A stretch of DNA of 64,000 nucleotides from Camelus ferus (taxonomy: Eukaryota): NCBI RefSeq assembly GCF_009834535.1, contig NC_045696.1:105402001-105466000 (forward strand), written 5' to 3'. The notes beneath the pieces are model-generated. The model had not been told where the DNA came from and did not search any database. It saw only the letters and a list, made by a program, of their open reading frames with translations. This document shows, in pieces, positions 50,350 to 64,000 of this stretch. Position numbers and translations under genes: made by a program. How positions within the stretch are numbered: position 1 is the first letter of the stretch; each line of letters begins with the position of its first letter.

Positions 50350-52539
50350 TACATGCTTTCCATCAAATTAAAGTTCCTGATAAGAGAAGCTGATTGGCCT
50401 GGGTGGGGCCCTATTCACCCCTGGGGAGTGGGGAGAGCTGGCCCTCTGACTGACAGTTGCAAGACACCTTGGCTGCATCTAGTGGTCGGATTCATGAGGT
50501 CAGTCTAGGGGAGGGAGCATCAGCTCTGTGGAGCAAGAATGAGTCCTATTACTTGTAAAGCTAGAAGTATAGTGATGTTTCAGTTACCCAACTAATGGTG
50601 ATTTTACAAGGTCTGAACATTTCATTATTTCCCTAAAGGGTCTAGGATTTTGCCCTGGATTTTTAGAATTCCTCAAGATGAGGGTGTGAGGATAGATGTC
50701 AAAGAGAGGGATGGAGAGAGGAAAGGGACTGAGGGGGAAGGGTGACAGTCTGGACAGTACAAGAATTCTTAAAATTTTCAGCAACATCCTTGCAACTTCC
50801 ATATAGTCTTCAAAATCCTATCTTTGAAACCTTCCCCAAGGACCACATCTACCCAGTTTTTGTCCTCACCCAGAGTCCAAATCCCCAACATATTCCTACA
50901 GACACAAATCCCATGGCCAAAGCTCCTTTGTGCACTGAGAAGGGACCAGTAGCAAGGGAAAGAGTAAAGTGGGAAGGGACAAGTGATGATGGGAGGTTCC
51001 TGAGGAAACTGCAGGAAATAAGATACCAAGTGGGGACACTGGCCATTGACGGGAGGGAGGCCTTTGTACTAGGAGGCAAGGAGTTAAAGATGGGTGGAGT
51101 GTAGATAGGTTTTAGGAGAGAATCAGTGGGCCTTCTTACTTCTTGGCCTCTCTCTTCTCCAAGCAATGGAAAGCAAGGTCATTGGCTGAGAAAATGTAGG
51201 GTTGTTGGAAACTGTAGGAGTGAGAAGTGTGAAGTAGCCACGGCTGTGATGCTAGAACCTGAAGTAGCTGGACAGTCTGCAGCCACGCAGGAGAAGAGAA
51301 ATCAGATGGGAAGCCAGGAAATGATTCCTGGTAGTTTCAGAGAAATATGGAAAACATTGGAAGGTGTGCCTGGAAGCCCATGCAAGGCTGTCTCTGAGCA
51401 GAAGAGCCTTGAGCAACGGTGAGGATGTTGACAGATGTGACAAAGCCCAGCCATCTTCCCTCCCATTTGGCTCGCAGTCTTCTCATTAGTCCTATGTGTC
51501 CCCACGGCAGACTGATGAGGGAGGCGAGGCAGGCGCCGACAGCCCCATCTTCTCTCTGCGTCAGCTGAGGCTCCAAAGTTAAGGGTCTTGCCCAAGGCCA
51601 CCCGATTTGTTCAACGCAGAGATGAGGCTAAACCCTGTGGTCGCTGGCAGCTGTGATGATGGAAAGGCTCTGTTTCACATGTGTTTCATGGAGTGAGGAA
51701 AAACACTGAGACTTGCAGAAATAATAAAGACTGTCTTCTGAGCCCAGAATGTGGCCCAAAAGTGAGCAGGCAGGGAGACTGTCCTCCACCACGAGACAGT
51801 GGGGTGGATGAGTCATTTCCTCCAACCCTGGAATTATCAGTTTAGCCTCAATTTTCCACATGATACTCTGTCTTTTTTCTTCTGACAGCACCTACTGAAC
51901 CACAATTCTACCCCAAATTGGATACTCAAAACAGAAAATAATTGCCTAAGGCCAAGGCTCCATCTGTCTGTGATGATAGGCAGACTCTCTGTCCTACAGT
52001 GCAAGGACATAAATGTCAAAGGCGCTCAGGCTGGCTCCTTCCTGCCATCCCAGATGCCCCTACCATGACGCAGGCCCAAAGCAATCACCCCTGTGTCACA
52101 GCCATTGTGGATATGATCTGTAATAGCTGACACTTGGCCCCCCTACTTCCGAGAGCTGGCTGCTGTCAGGTTTGGTATGTGGAACATTTTGTCTGAGGGA
52201 CATGCTGGCCTGGGTTGAAAGTAATTCCCATCAGCTCAGAACCGGGTGGTCTGTCACAAGGTTATTTTTCAGTTCGATCTGGACTCAGGAAGTCCAGATC
52301 TGCCTGAGAGCTGTATTTTAAGGTTAATAAGCCCATCAAAAATTCCTTTCATGAGAAAATGTGAGCAACTGATTGCCAGGGCTAGCATGCAGTTCCCAGA
52401 TCAGGGACCTGAGCATAATTTCACTTAAGACTCAGGACTGCAAGGGTCCTAAAGATTCCTGGGGCCTGGGCTGGGAGAAGCTGGCAGCAGGACACATTGG
52501 CTGCCACTGATGGGAAGCCAGAAAGGGCAGAATGCACGT

Positions 52540-52765
52540 TCTTAGGATGCTGCAAGTGTGTGCCTGTATGTATGTGGCCATATGTGTCACACAAACGTTT
52601 ATGTGCATGTTTGTCTCCAGGGGACATGGGTTTGTGCATGTGTGTATGGAGGGATGGCCATTCACTATGTACGTGAATGTGTGTTCAAATGCGGGTACGT
52701 GTACACACGTATATATGCGTTGAACATGTGTGTGTTTGTGTGGTCCTGTGTGTGTGCACATCTGT
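52540..52765. repeat. Degenerate TG/TA-rich simple repeat
   Basis: gtgtgtgcctgtatgtatgtg...tgtgtgtgcac low-complexity tract. Confidence 0.7.
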
Positions 52766-53394
52766 GTTGGCCTGGGAATGGGGCAGTTCAATGGTAAGAG
52801 CTTTAGAATCAGGCAGATGTGGGTTCAAATTCTAATTCCACAATTTATTAGCTGTATGAGCCCTTGCTACTCACGCCGTGGTTTCCCCCTCTGCAAGACG
52901 GGATGATACAGCCCCTTACAGGACCGGGGTGAGGGCTAGCAGCCGTGAGGCAGATAACACTCTGGCATACGGTCAGTGCCCACCAAGTGGTGGACAGTAT
53001 TAACATTATGACTTTCTTCACCATCATCATCATCGTCCTTGTCTCATCCCATCTTGTTCCCTGGCCGTGTGGCATTTGTTCTGTCTCTTTAAAACCCACC
53101 CAGGACTGCATTTCAGACGGAAATGAACTGACTTGAGTTAGCAGTCCAGAGAAATGAGTGACTACACCAATTCCCCTCATCCACTGTGACTTTGGCTACA
53201 TCAATAAATCACTTGCTCAATGAGTTTTCTTCCTACACTGGTACATCTTGTAGGTAGTAGTAGGAGATAGTTGTCAGCCACCTTCTGCACACCCAGACCT
53301 GGCATAGGCTCCGTGGAAAATATGAGAAGAGAATGCACATATTCCTGACCTCAATAGTTTCCAGTAGAATTGCCTTGATTTTTAAATAAATAAA

Positions 53395-56300
53395 CAAGTA
53401 AACAAACAGGCTTATTCAGGTATAACTGGCATACAATAAACCACACACATGTAAAGCATATGATTTGACAAGTTTTCACCTATGCATACACCAATAAGCA
53501 TCACCACAATCAGGATAGTGAACAAGCCCATCACCCCAAATTTTCCTCAGGCCCCTTGGTAATCCCTTCCTCTCACTCCTCCTGCACAACTCCCCCCACC
53601 CCCCAGGCAAACATGCCTTCTTTCCTTACAGATTGATATGCATTTTCTAGAGTTTTATAATCTCTAGATTATAATCATAAACATGATTTTTTGGCTTTTT
53701 TCACTTAACATAATTATTTTAAACTTCATTCATGTTGTCATGTCAGTTTATTCCTTTTTATTGCCAAATAATATTCCATTATATGGATGTACCACAATTT
53801 GTTATCCATTTGCCTGTGGAGGCACTTTTGGGTCGTTTCCAGTCTTTGGCTGTTACAAATAAAACTCTTACGAACGTCTGTGTACAAATCTTTGGACATA
53901 TGTTTTCATTTCTCTTGGGAAAATATCCAGGAGTGGGATGCTTGAATCATATGACAGGAGTGTATTTAACTTTGTAAGAAACTTTCAAACTGTTTTCTAA
54001 ATTAATTGTACCATTTCACATCTCTACTGGCAGTGGATGAGAGTTTTGATCCCTCAACATTCTCACCAATATTTGATATGATCAGTCTTTTTAATTTTAG
54101 CCATTTTAATAGGTGTGTTATGGTATCTCATTGTAGTTTTTAATTTGCATTGGCCTAATGACTAATGATGTGAGCATATTTTCACGTGCTTATTTGAAAT
54201 TCATGTAGCTTCTTTGGCAAGTTGTCTATTCAAATCTTTGCTTATTTTTAAAGTTGGGTTGTTCTGCTATTATTGAAATTCAGGAATTCTTATATATTCT
54301 GGATACAAGTCCTATATTTAAAATGTTTGCAAACATTTTTGTAGCTTGCCTTTGTATTATCATAACAATATCTTTTTAAGAACAATTTTATATTTATCAC
54401 TGTGTTCTCTTATCGGTCGTGCTTGCCTAATCCCAGGTCATGAAGGTTTTTTTTCCTAGGTCTTCTTCTAGAAGGTTTATAGTTTTATATTTCACATTTA
54501 GGTCTATGGTGCATTTTGAGTTGATTTTTAAAATATAGTATGAAGTATGGATTGAAGTATATTTTTGCATATATGCTGACTGTTCCAGAATCATTTTTTG
54601 AAAAGACTAACCTTCCTGTACTAAATTGCCTTTGCAACTTAAAAAAACAGCTGCCTGTATATGTGTGGGTCAATTTCTGGAATCTCTGTTCTGTTGTGTT
54701 GATGTATTTTTATATCTTTATGTTAGTACTACACTGATTTGTCGCTGTGGTTTTATGATAAATCTTGAAACTAGATAATGCTAGTTCTCCAATTCTATTC
54801 TCCTTTTTTTCAAAGTGGTTTGGCTATTTTGTGTCCTTTGCATTTCCATATACATTTCAGAATCAGGTTTTCAGTTTCTACAAAAATCCTTCTTGGAATT
54901 CTGATTGAGATTATATCAAATCTCAGATCAAATAAAATCTATCTTAACAATATTGAGTCTTCTGATCAGTGAACAAAGTTTCTCCATTTATGTATGTCTT
55001 ATTTCATTTCTCTCAGAAATGTTTTTTGGCTTTCAATGCTTTTGCCAGACTTATCACTAAGTGTTTCATATTTTTGATACTATTATAAATGCTATCTTCA
55101 TTTCAATTTATGATTGCTGCTAGTCTTTAGGGATACAATAGATTTTGGTATATAGATCTTTTATCCTGCAAATTTGCTAAACTCACGTTTTAATTCTATT
55201 AGGTTGTTTATAAATTCTGTCAGATGTTCTACATGAACAATCACATTGTGGATAAAGGTAGCTTTAATTCTTCTTTTTCAATCTGGACATCTGTTTTTTT
55301 CTTTTTCTTGCCTTTTTTTCTTTTTCTGGCACACTTGATGTGATATTATATCATTACACTTGCTAGGACCTCCAGTACAATGTTGGATATCAGTGGTGAG
55401 AGCAGACATTCTCGTCTTGTTCCTCACCTTGGAGGGAAAGCATCCAATCCTTCATATTAAGTACAATGTTAGCTGTAGGTTTTTCATAGATGTCCTTTGT
55501 TGGACTGCAGATGTGCTCTTTTATTCCTAGTTTGCTGAGAATTTCTCTCAGGAATGGATATTGGATTTTTATCAACTTTTTTTAGAATCTATTGAGATGA
55601 TCATAGGGTTTTACTCACATAGTTTTTTAACATGGTAAATTACAGATTGATTTTTTTATGTTAAACCAACTCTGCATTCCTCCAGTAAATCCCACTTGAT
55701 AAGAATGCATCATACTTATGTATATTGTTGGACTGATTTGATAACATTTTGCTTAGAATTTTTACTCTATGTTCACGAAGGGTATCAGTCTATATTTACC
55801 TTTTCTTGCAGTGTTTGGTTTTGTAGCAGGGTAATGTTAGCTGCATAGAATGAATTAAGAAATCTTTTATCCTCTCCAATTTCCTGGAAGAGTTTGTGTA
55901 GAATTTGTATTGTCTCTCCCTTAAAGGTTTGGTAGAATTCACCAGTAAAGCCATCTGGGCCTTCAGTTTTCACTGTGAGAATGTTTTTAATTGAATTTTA
56001 ATTTCTTTAGTAGATATGGGGCTTTTCAGGTTACCTTTTTATTTTATTTTCTGAGTGAGGTTTGGTAATTTGTATCTTTCAAGGAAATTTTCTATCTAAG
56101 TTGTCAAATTTATCAGCATAACATTGTCCATAGTACTAACTAATTAGCTTTTTTATTATCTGTAGATTCTATAAAGATATCCCTTCTCTTATTCCTGATG
56201 TTATTAATTTGGATATTTCTTCTCCTTTCTTTCTAATGAGTCTGGCAAGAGGCTTATCAACTGTATTGATTTCTCAAAGAACCAGTTTTTGGTTTCATTT

Positions 56301-57410
56301 TTTTCCCCACTGTTCCTCTATTTTATGTCGATTTCTGTGTTGATCTGTACTGTTTGCTTCCTTTATTCTGCTTCTTCTTCTAGTTTCTTAAGGTGAAAGC
56401 CAAGGCTGTTTTGAGACCTTTCTTTTTCTCCAGTATAGGTGTTTCATGTTATAAATCCCCCCTTAAGAACTGCTTTAGCAGCATACCACAATTTTTATAT
56501 GTTGTTTTCATTTTGATACAAATCAAAATAACTTTAAACTTTTCTTTTCAAAATTTATTTGATCCATGGGTTATTTACTAATGTTACTTAGTTTCTCCAT
56601 ATTTGGTATTTTTCCAGGTATCTTTTTGTTATTCATGTCTAATTTAATTCCCTTGTGGTCAGAGAACATATTTTGTACGACTTAAAATTTTTAGATTTAT
56701 TGAGAATTGTCCTGTGGCCCAGAATACAGTCCACCTTGGTAAATGTTCAGTGTGCACTTGGTTATCTTCCTTCTATCACTTTCTAATTTAATGTCACTGT
56801 GATCTGAGAGCAGACATTGTATGACTTCTGTTCTTTTAAATTTGTTAAGGTGTGTTCTATGGTCCAGAATGTGGTAAATGTTCCATGTGAGCTTGAGAAG
56901 AATGTGTATCCTCCTGTTGTTCCATGAAGTAGTCGATAGATGTCAGTTGCATCCAGTTGACTGATGGTGCTGTTGAGTTCAAATATGCCCTTATTGATTC
57001 TCTGCCTGCTGGGTCTGGGCATTTCGGATAGAGGGGTGTTGAAGTCTCCAACTGTAATAATGTATTCAACTATTTCTCCTTGAAGTTCTGAGTTTCTGCC
57101 TCATATATTTTGCTGCTTTGTTGTTAGGTACATACACATTAAGAACTGTCGTGGAATCTTGGAGAATTGACCCCTTTATCATTATGAAATGCCCTTCTTT
57201 ATCCCTGATAACTTTCCTTGCTGTAAAGTCTGCTCTGTCTAAAATTAATAGAACTACTCTCACTTTCCTTTGAGTTAGCATAATGTATCTTTCTCCATCC
57301 ATTTACTTTTCATGTATATGTCTTTATACATAAAGTGGGTTTCTTGCAGATCACATAAAACTGGGTCTTTTTTAAAAAATCTACTCTGACAACCTCTGCC
57401 TTTTTATTTT
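53395..57410 (-). mobile_element. Old LINE-1 block (3'UTR plus ORF2 relics, probably more than one fragment)
   Basis: Minus-strand ORF2-like peptides ([51 protein letters not shown]); T-rich + strand; edges approximate. Confidence 0.9.
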
Positions 57411-57607
57411 AGTAATCATTTTAGGATAGTATAAACTACAGCACACTTGGTGTGATAGTATACCATAGTATACTTCCATGTGTATAAATACCTCCAGTGT
57501 TTATGCCATTTTATCATACATTTACATATATATATATATACGTTTTACATGTATATAAACTAGACCCCATAATGGGTGGTTACTATTTTTGCTTAAGCAA
57601 TTATCTT

Positions 57608-58337
57608 TTTAAAAAAATTTAATACACTTTATTTTTAGTGCAATTTTAGGTTTATAGAAAAATTGATCAGAAAATTCAGAATTCCCATACACCTTTTCTC
57701 CCCATCCCCAACTATTATTAACTATTTTGCATTTGTTACCATTGATGAATCAATCTTGATACTTTTTTTTTAAAGTTAATGTTCATAGTTTAGGGGTCAC
57801 TCTTTGTGTTGTAATTCCATGGGCTTTTGACAAACGCATGTTGTCACACACCCACCATTACAGTATCATTCAGAATAATTTCACTGTCTTAAAAATGTCC
57901 TGTGTTCCACCTAGCCATCCCTTCCCCTCCTCCAAACTCTTGGGAACCACTGCTTTTTCCAGAACGCCCTATAGTTGGAATCATAAAGTACGTAGCCTTT
58001 TTAGATGGGCCACTTTCACTTAGCAATATGCCTTTAACATTCCTCATGTCTTTTTGTGGATTGATAGCTCATTTTTTTTATCACTGAAAAAATAATTCCA
58101 TTTTATGAATGTACCACAGTTTGTTTATCCATTTACCTATTGAGAGATATCTTGACTGCTTGCAATCAAGCATTCCAAGATAAACATGCATATCAGGTTT
58201 TTGTGTGGGCATACATTTTAACTAACTCAGGTAAATACTTAGGAGTATGATTGCTAGACAGTATGGTGAAAAGTCTATTTCGTTTTATAAGAGGCTGCCA
58301 AACTCTCTTGAAGTGGCTGCACGTTTTGCAGTCCTAA
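57608..58337 (-). mobile_element. LINE-1 3' fragment (L1MC-like) with TSD
   Basis: Typical L1 3'UTR antisense text, flanked by the direct repeat caattatctt at 57598-57607 and 58338-58347. Confidence 0.75.
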
Positions 58338-61308
58338 CAATTATCTTCTGAAGAGAATTAAGTATAAATAAATTATATATGTGTGTTTTATATATATTCC
58401 CATATATGCCATTTCCAGTGCTCTTCATGCATTCCTGTAGATCCAGATTTTCATCTGGCCAGTAGGAGATGCTCTGGGTTGCTGTCCAGCACCCAACTCT
58501 GCAGAGTGACGGGACGCATGTTATTCCGGAACGACACTAGGCGGCGCTGTGGGACCTCTGTCAGGACCCAGGTTCGCGGCGATCGGTCCTCGGGCAGCTC
58601 AGCCTCGGAGGAGTCCTTTCCCACGTGGCTCTTCTTGAAGTCGGGGCAGCCCCTCTCCGTGTTCTGCTTTCTCTCTTAATGACACAGTGCGTATCCTCCC
58701 TTTTCATGAAGACTTTTGTTCCTTTTCCACTGGGCCCGAGGGCAGAGAAAACCCCCACCGTCCCTCCTTCCCACTGCAGAGACACGGGGTTTCCCAGGAC
58801 AGAGGAGGCAGTGAGGAGAAGACCGGAGCATCAGTCCTGGGAGAGATGGGGACTTTGCTGCAAAGACCTGTCTACCTTCTAAATGCCCAGATCTAGGCAT
58901 GCAAAAACCCCTCTTTCTAATTCTGGAAGCTTGGTGAAGACAGGATGGAAGCACCCCGTCCCTGGGGATGCTTGCTTTTCTAAAAGGGTCTGTTCAGGAG
59001 AGCCAGAGGGCCAACTCTCGTCCCATCTGGCACTGAGGAACCTCGCCATGCCCACGTGGCTGTGGGTCTTTCCACATGGGGTAATGGAGAGAGTGTGAGT
59101 CAGGAAACGTCAGCCCTGGAAGCAAGCTCAGCCTCCGCAAACCGGGTGATTTAGAATCAGTCACGGTAACTTCTCTGAGGCTCATCTGCAGAGTCGGGAG
59201 AGGAATCCCTACCTTGTGAGGCCGCAGTGAGGAGTAAGTGAGTGTGTCTTGTGGAAGTGCTCTGTCTGCTGGAAAGCTCTGGGCACCTGTGTGATGTGGT
59301 TATCACACAATGATAGCAAACTTGGACAGCCTTGGGACATGTACAAAATGGCTGGTGTGGGCAGTGAGGCCAGGGAGGCTGGCAGAAGTTGGAGGGGAGA
59401 GATGGGCCTTGATCAGGATTAAAGGTGGAGGGAAGGTGAGTTCCCAGGAACATAGGGACCGCAAAGTACGGGGTGAGTGGGGCTTGGTCCACAGGCTGGA
59501 AGGGGAGGACAGAGCCTGAGATGGGGACCTGAGTGCCCGGCGGCTGAATCTGAACCAGTGCTCCAGCCATCAGAGAACTTCTACCCAAGAGGGGCAGCCT
59601 TGGAAAGATCCCCCTGGCGGCAGTGAGATGGGAGGATGGGAGGCAGCCTGGAGGCTGTTGTCATCATTCTGCTTTTCACTCTCTTCTTAATTGTGATTTT
59701 GGAAGCACTGTTCCTCCTCTAGCTTGTCCTGACCATTGAGATGGGCTTGAGAGTCAAGGTTTGCTGGTCCTTCCTGTCTCCATAGGACAGGACTGGCTGG
59801 GCTGCAGCAGGCAGCACTTGACAGATGGCCCACGGCTGTTCACACACGGGTTCCCATCTGCACTGTCACCACAGGGAGTGTCCCTGAGGGTTCACTCCCT
59901 GCTTCTCTGCAAGGCAGGGAGCCCAGCTGAGGCCTGTCTGGGTTGTCCCAAGGAGAGAGACTGGTTATGGAACCCATGGCAGTGCCGTCCCAACACACAC
60001 ACATACATGCACACACGTGCACATGCATGCACGGGGAATGAAATGTATGGAGGACAGGGCCATCTCCACTCTGAGGGAAAGCCCCATAAACCACAGGGCC
60101 ACATGATGTGCCAATACCCCTGGGTTTCCTCTCTCTGCCACACACCAGAAGACGGCGTAGCCAGCCGACCCCTCCCACACAGGGTGGCGGGACCTGCTTC
60201 CTTGGTGTCTCCTCCACAGCAACCTTATCACCAAACCTTGGAACTGTCAGCCAGGAGACCTTGGCTGGCCACAGGTCTGGGGCAGTGGGCTCTTCTTTTG
60301 GGGAGGAAAGGGGGCACCCTAAATCACTTCCCTTTCCTTGCCCGCAGCTAATAAATCTTTCTGAAATATCAACATTCCCATCACTGTTGGTGGCTTTGGA
60401 CAAAATGTCCCTTGAAATGTTAACACTGAACACCAGCAACACGATGGCCTCAGGAAGAGGAGGGGCTGGGCTGGCCTGAGGATGTATTCCAGGACTACCT
60501 CTTTGGAGGAAAGCTCAACTCTGAAAGTTTATTGTTTTTCCCATGCATCTGAGGCCTGCCTCCTTCATAGAGAAGGCAAAAGAAGAAGGCAGAATCTGGG
60601 ATGATGGGAGACTTGGTCTGTTGGGTTCTGGTTTAGTGAGATTTATGTTCTGTGCTCCAGGAGCAACTCCCCATTATCACATGACTCTGCCTCCCCAGGG
60701 GAGCCTGGTAAGACCTTTGATCCAGAAAAAACTGCCCCCTTCTGTGTGCCCCTAACAGCTTCATGCTCAATTTTTCCATCTGTACTATGGGGACAACACA
60801 CAAAGGCACCTCATCAGGTCACCATGAGGATTAATAAATAGATGTCAAATAATCTGGCAAAGGGCCACGTACCATTTAGTGAAGGAGATATTTTTTTTCC
60901 CTAGTGGAAAAAAGAAGCACTATCTTCTCACTACTTAGAAGTAAAACCTCAGTCCCCAGAGCCAAGTGAGTCCAAGAAATGAAGCCAAAAGCAAACCTGG
61001 AAGGCTGGGGCTGGAATTCTCAGAGAGGAGGCCTTTGAAGTGAGCGCTCTCCCTCCCTTCAAGGGCTCCCCCCTCCACGCCTGATGAAAGGGAAGACAGG
61101 CTCTGTTGTGGTTTGACACATGCCCCAGATGTCAGGTTGCAACTCCACTTGGCAATTAGCTCTCAGAGGTGGCAGCTGTGTGGAGGGGGATGGGCCCGGA
61201 CTTGGAATCGGGGTGCATGGTCCCTGTGCCAGCTGTACCCCACATGACTGACCTGTGCCTCCTCCTCTGTGAATAAAATGAGGATGATACCAGCACAAGC
61301 CTCCTCTT

Positions 61309-61497
61309 TAGGGCTGCCATATTCAGCCAATGAAAATCCAGGATGCCCAGATCAATCTGAACTTCAGATAATGAATCAATAACCTTTTAGTACAAGTATA
61401 TCCCATGTAACACTTGAGACTTACACTAAAAAAATTACTTGATGTTTACCTGAAATTCAAATTTTCCTGTATGTCTTGTATCTTATTTGGCAACTCT
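61309..61497. mobile_element. MER53-like palindromic hAT MITE
   Basis: Termini tagggctgcca...tggcaactct; internal ctgaacttcagata / tacctgaaattcaaa inverted arms. Confidence 0.75.
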
Positions 61498-63486
61498 GCT
61501 CCCTTGGGAGAGTTTCCAGGGGTCGTCTGGGTGAAAGGGTTTCAAACTGTAAATGTTTGGAAAGCACAGGCTGGGAGGTTTCTGGAAAGATGGAGGACAG
61601 TAACTTTAGCAATCAAGATGAAACTCCGAAGGCCCCCAGCCCCGCGTCCACAGCCACCCCCACTGCAGTGGGGTCCTCTTCCTCTCTCAAGGGCTGCCCA
61701 GCTCCTCTCTGGCTCTCTCACCCACCTCAGGTCCTGGAGCGGGTCCTTGGGTCCTTAGAGGCTGAGGTCATTCTCCGCTCTGGGTCCTGCCCACTGGGGT
61801 TGACCTGCCTTGGGTCTGCTGTGACTCTGGCCTTCACGGACTGCAGGATGCAGTGGGAGCTCCGAGGTCCACTCAACAGCCTGGCTGCAGAGTGCGGGAG
61901 CTGGGACCTCGGACAAGCTGCTTCTGTCTCTGAGCTTCAGAGTTCCCGTCTGCACAGTGGGAAGATCTTACCCTAGCTCATCTTTACGATAGGCAAAGAA
62001 GATGATGCCAGCAAAGCATCAAAGGAGATGGAGCCAGGCACACAGTGGGCACTGAGTACGTGCACCTGCTGGTTACCACTACCACCTGTTCGTCCCGCCC
62101 CGCACCATGCCAGGCTGGCCCACTCGCTGGCAGACACCCCAGTGTTCCGTCTGAGGGAAGGCTCTCCTTCCCCATGGCCTCCCCCCATAGGTTTCCATAC
62201 TCTCAGGATTCCAGACAACTGGCCTTGCCAGCTTCTGTCTCCGCAACACCCATCTGTCTGCCTCTCCCCACACCCTACTGGAGATGCTCTCTTATGATGG
62301 GGATCCGATCACTGTCACGGTCCTGCAAGTGCAGCAGAAAAACAGATGAACTCGGCTCACACTGCCTCAGTCACACCAGCAGCCCATTCCCTTCCCTCCT
62401 CAACCAAGCCCTTCCAGAAGTCCAGCCACCTCAGGGAAGCCGGGCAGGTGCCTGAGGTGAGGCTCGCTGCTGCTCCCTTATTGGGACCCCAAGTGGCTTT
62501 CAGGACAAAGGGCACCTGAGGATGCGGGCGGGCAGAGGACGATGACACGGCGGAGGGCTTGGCGGTCTTCTGCTTTTGTTTTCTCAGCCCAAGTGCAGCT
62601 GGGGCCAAGTGTCCCTGGAAAGGACAGGGCTAAGGGTCAGGTGTCAGGAGCCTCTGCCCGCTTCCCCGTGGAGCCCTGGGCCTGTCCTTTACCCCACTGG
62701 TCTGCAGGGTCTCCACACACGAGAACTACCCCCTGGAATTACTCATTCATTCATTCACCTGACACAGAGACTTCCGGGGGAACTGAGAGGACACAGAGGT
62801 GAAGGACACACCCCTCTTTCTGGGGGGCCCCCAGGCCTAAGAGAGACAGAAATGAGGCAGAGGCAATGCAGGCAGGAAAGGCCAGGACACAGGGAGGCTC
62901 GGGTCACTCAGGAGAGTGTGGGGGGCAGGCTCCCAACGGTGTGCAGACCAGTGGGGTGTGTGAAATGACAGAGAATCCACACGTGCATCAATTGGCTGAC
63001 AAAAATGTTACAGTTGGCCATTGCAAATGTTGGCAGAGACGTGGCACAACAGGTCTACTCGCACCTGCCAGTGGGAGGCTGATGCAGCAGAACGACTCAA
63101 AAACAGAGGATGTGCCCTTTCTCCAACAACCGGAGGAGAAACTCCACTCCCAGGGACGGGCACCAGGGGGGCTGCGGGAGGACGCTCCCGGCCGCGCTGC
63201 TCACTACCAGCCGCGACTGTAGGAGCCAGAAGTGGGCAACCGCGGCAGGGTCACAGGCCGGAAGGCTGCACGGCTATGAAAGCGCACGGGAGGCAACAAC
63301 TGCATGCGGTGGCGCGGATGGATCTCACAGATGAGGACACAAGAGTAAGTGCGTGATTCCGCCTTGACCAAGTTTCGGCACAAGCAAAATGAAACTATGT
63401 TGCTTTAAGGACACGCACATGGGTGTTACAAATCTACAAATCAAAGCCGTGACAGTCACCAGTCAGAACGGTGGCTTCCTCCATAG

Positions 63487-63680
63487 CAGAGGCTCTGCAC
63501 TGGGGTGATTTTTGCCCCTACCGCCCCGGAGAAGTATTTGATTGCCACCACTGTGGGGGGTGGGGGAGTGTGCCACTGGCCAGGGACGCGGCTAAACATC
63601 CTACGATGCCCCTTCCCCATACACACACCCCACAGAATTACCCTGCCCAAATCCCACACTTCTGCTCTTGAGACACCCTG
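63487..63680. mobile_element. MER20-like hAT element within an old L1 3' fragment (about 62980-63800)
   Basis: ggggtgatttttgcccc...ccagggacgcggctaaacatcctac...ccctgcccaaa...tgagacaccctg. Confidence 0.7.
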
Positions 63681-64000
63681 ATCTAGGGGACAAGATAGGT
63701 GGTTCACATGGGGCTTCTAAAATCCTGGCCGTGTCCAAGGGTGATCATTTTATAAATGTCCTATAAACTCCACATAATGTTTTTTCACACTCCCAAAATA
63801 ATTCCAGAGCATGCAACTGGGCATTTAAGGGATCAGCAGGGAGGCCCATGAGATGAGGTCAGCCTTGGCCTCCAGCTGCAAGGGGAGCCCAGGGACCAGG
63901 ACTGTTGCTGGACATCCTTCAGGAGGCATCTCAGAGATCTGGGCCGCCGCACACACGTCCTCAACACCCCCGCAAGAAACCAGAACATACAAGGGCTCCT

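Noticed and set aside
52421..52797. His/Thr- and Cys/Val-rich ORFs
   Set aside because: They are translations of a degenerate TG/CA simple repeat.
59761..60479. Overlapping 196-, 200- and 123-aa ORFs on both strands
   Set aside because: No recognisable domain. They run through a (CA)/(TG) low-complexity tract in GC-rich DNA where long chance ORFs are expected.

Overview
Mammalian genomic DNA, most likely camelid judging from tRNA-derived Vic-1-like SINEs. It holds two complete housekeeping genes arranged tail to tail. COPB2 (coatomer beta', + strand) has 22 coding exons, ATG at 4365 and TAA at 31316-31318. MRPS22 (mitoribosomal small-subunit protein S22, - strand) has 8 coding exons, ATG at 47589 and TAA at 32243-32241, giving 359 aa. 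Each gene has a CpG-island promoter. The rest is intronic or intergenic DNA rich in L1, L2, MIR, MLT1 and hAT/Tigger relics. The most notable anomaly is one extra base in COPB2 exon 14 (23086/23087). It frameshifts an essential gene, is most likely an assembly error, and also creates an in-frame cryptic AG. Other points are a GC-AG intron in COPB2, an inverted SINE pair in intron 9, an ETS/UPRE promoter module and a non-L1 segment inside an L1. I found no convincing previously undescribed biological system. All coordinates were read by hand, and repeat family names come from recognition, not a database search.
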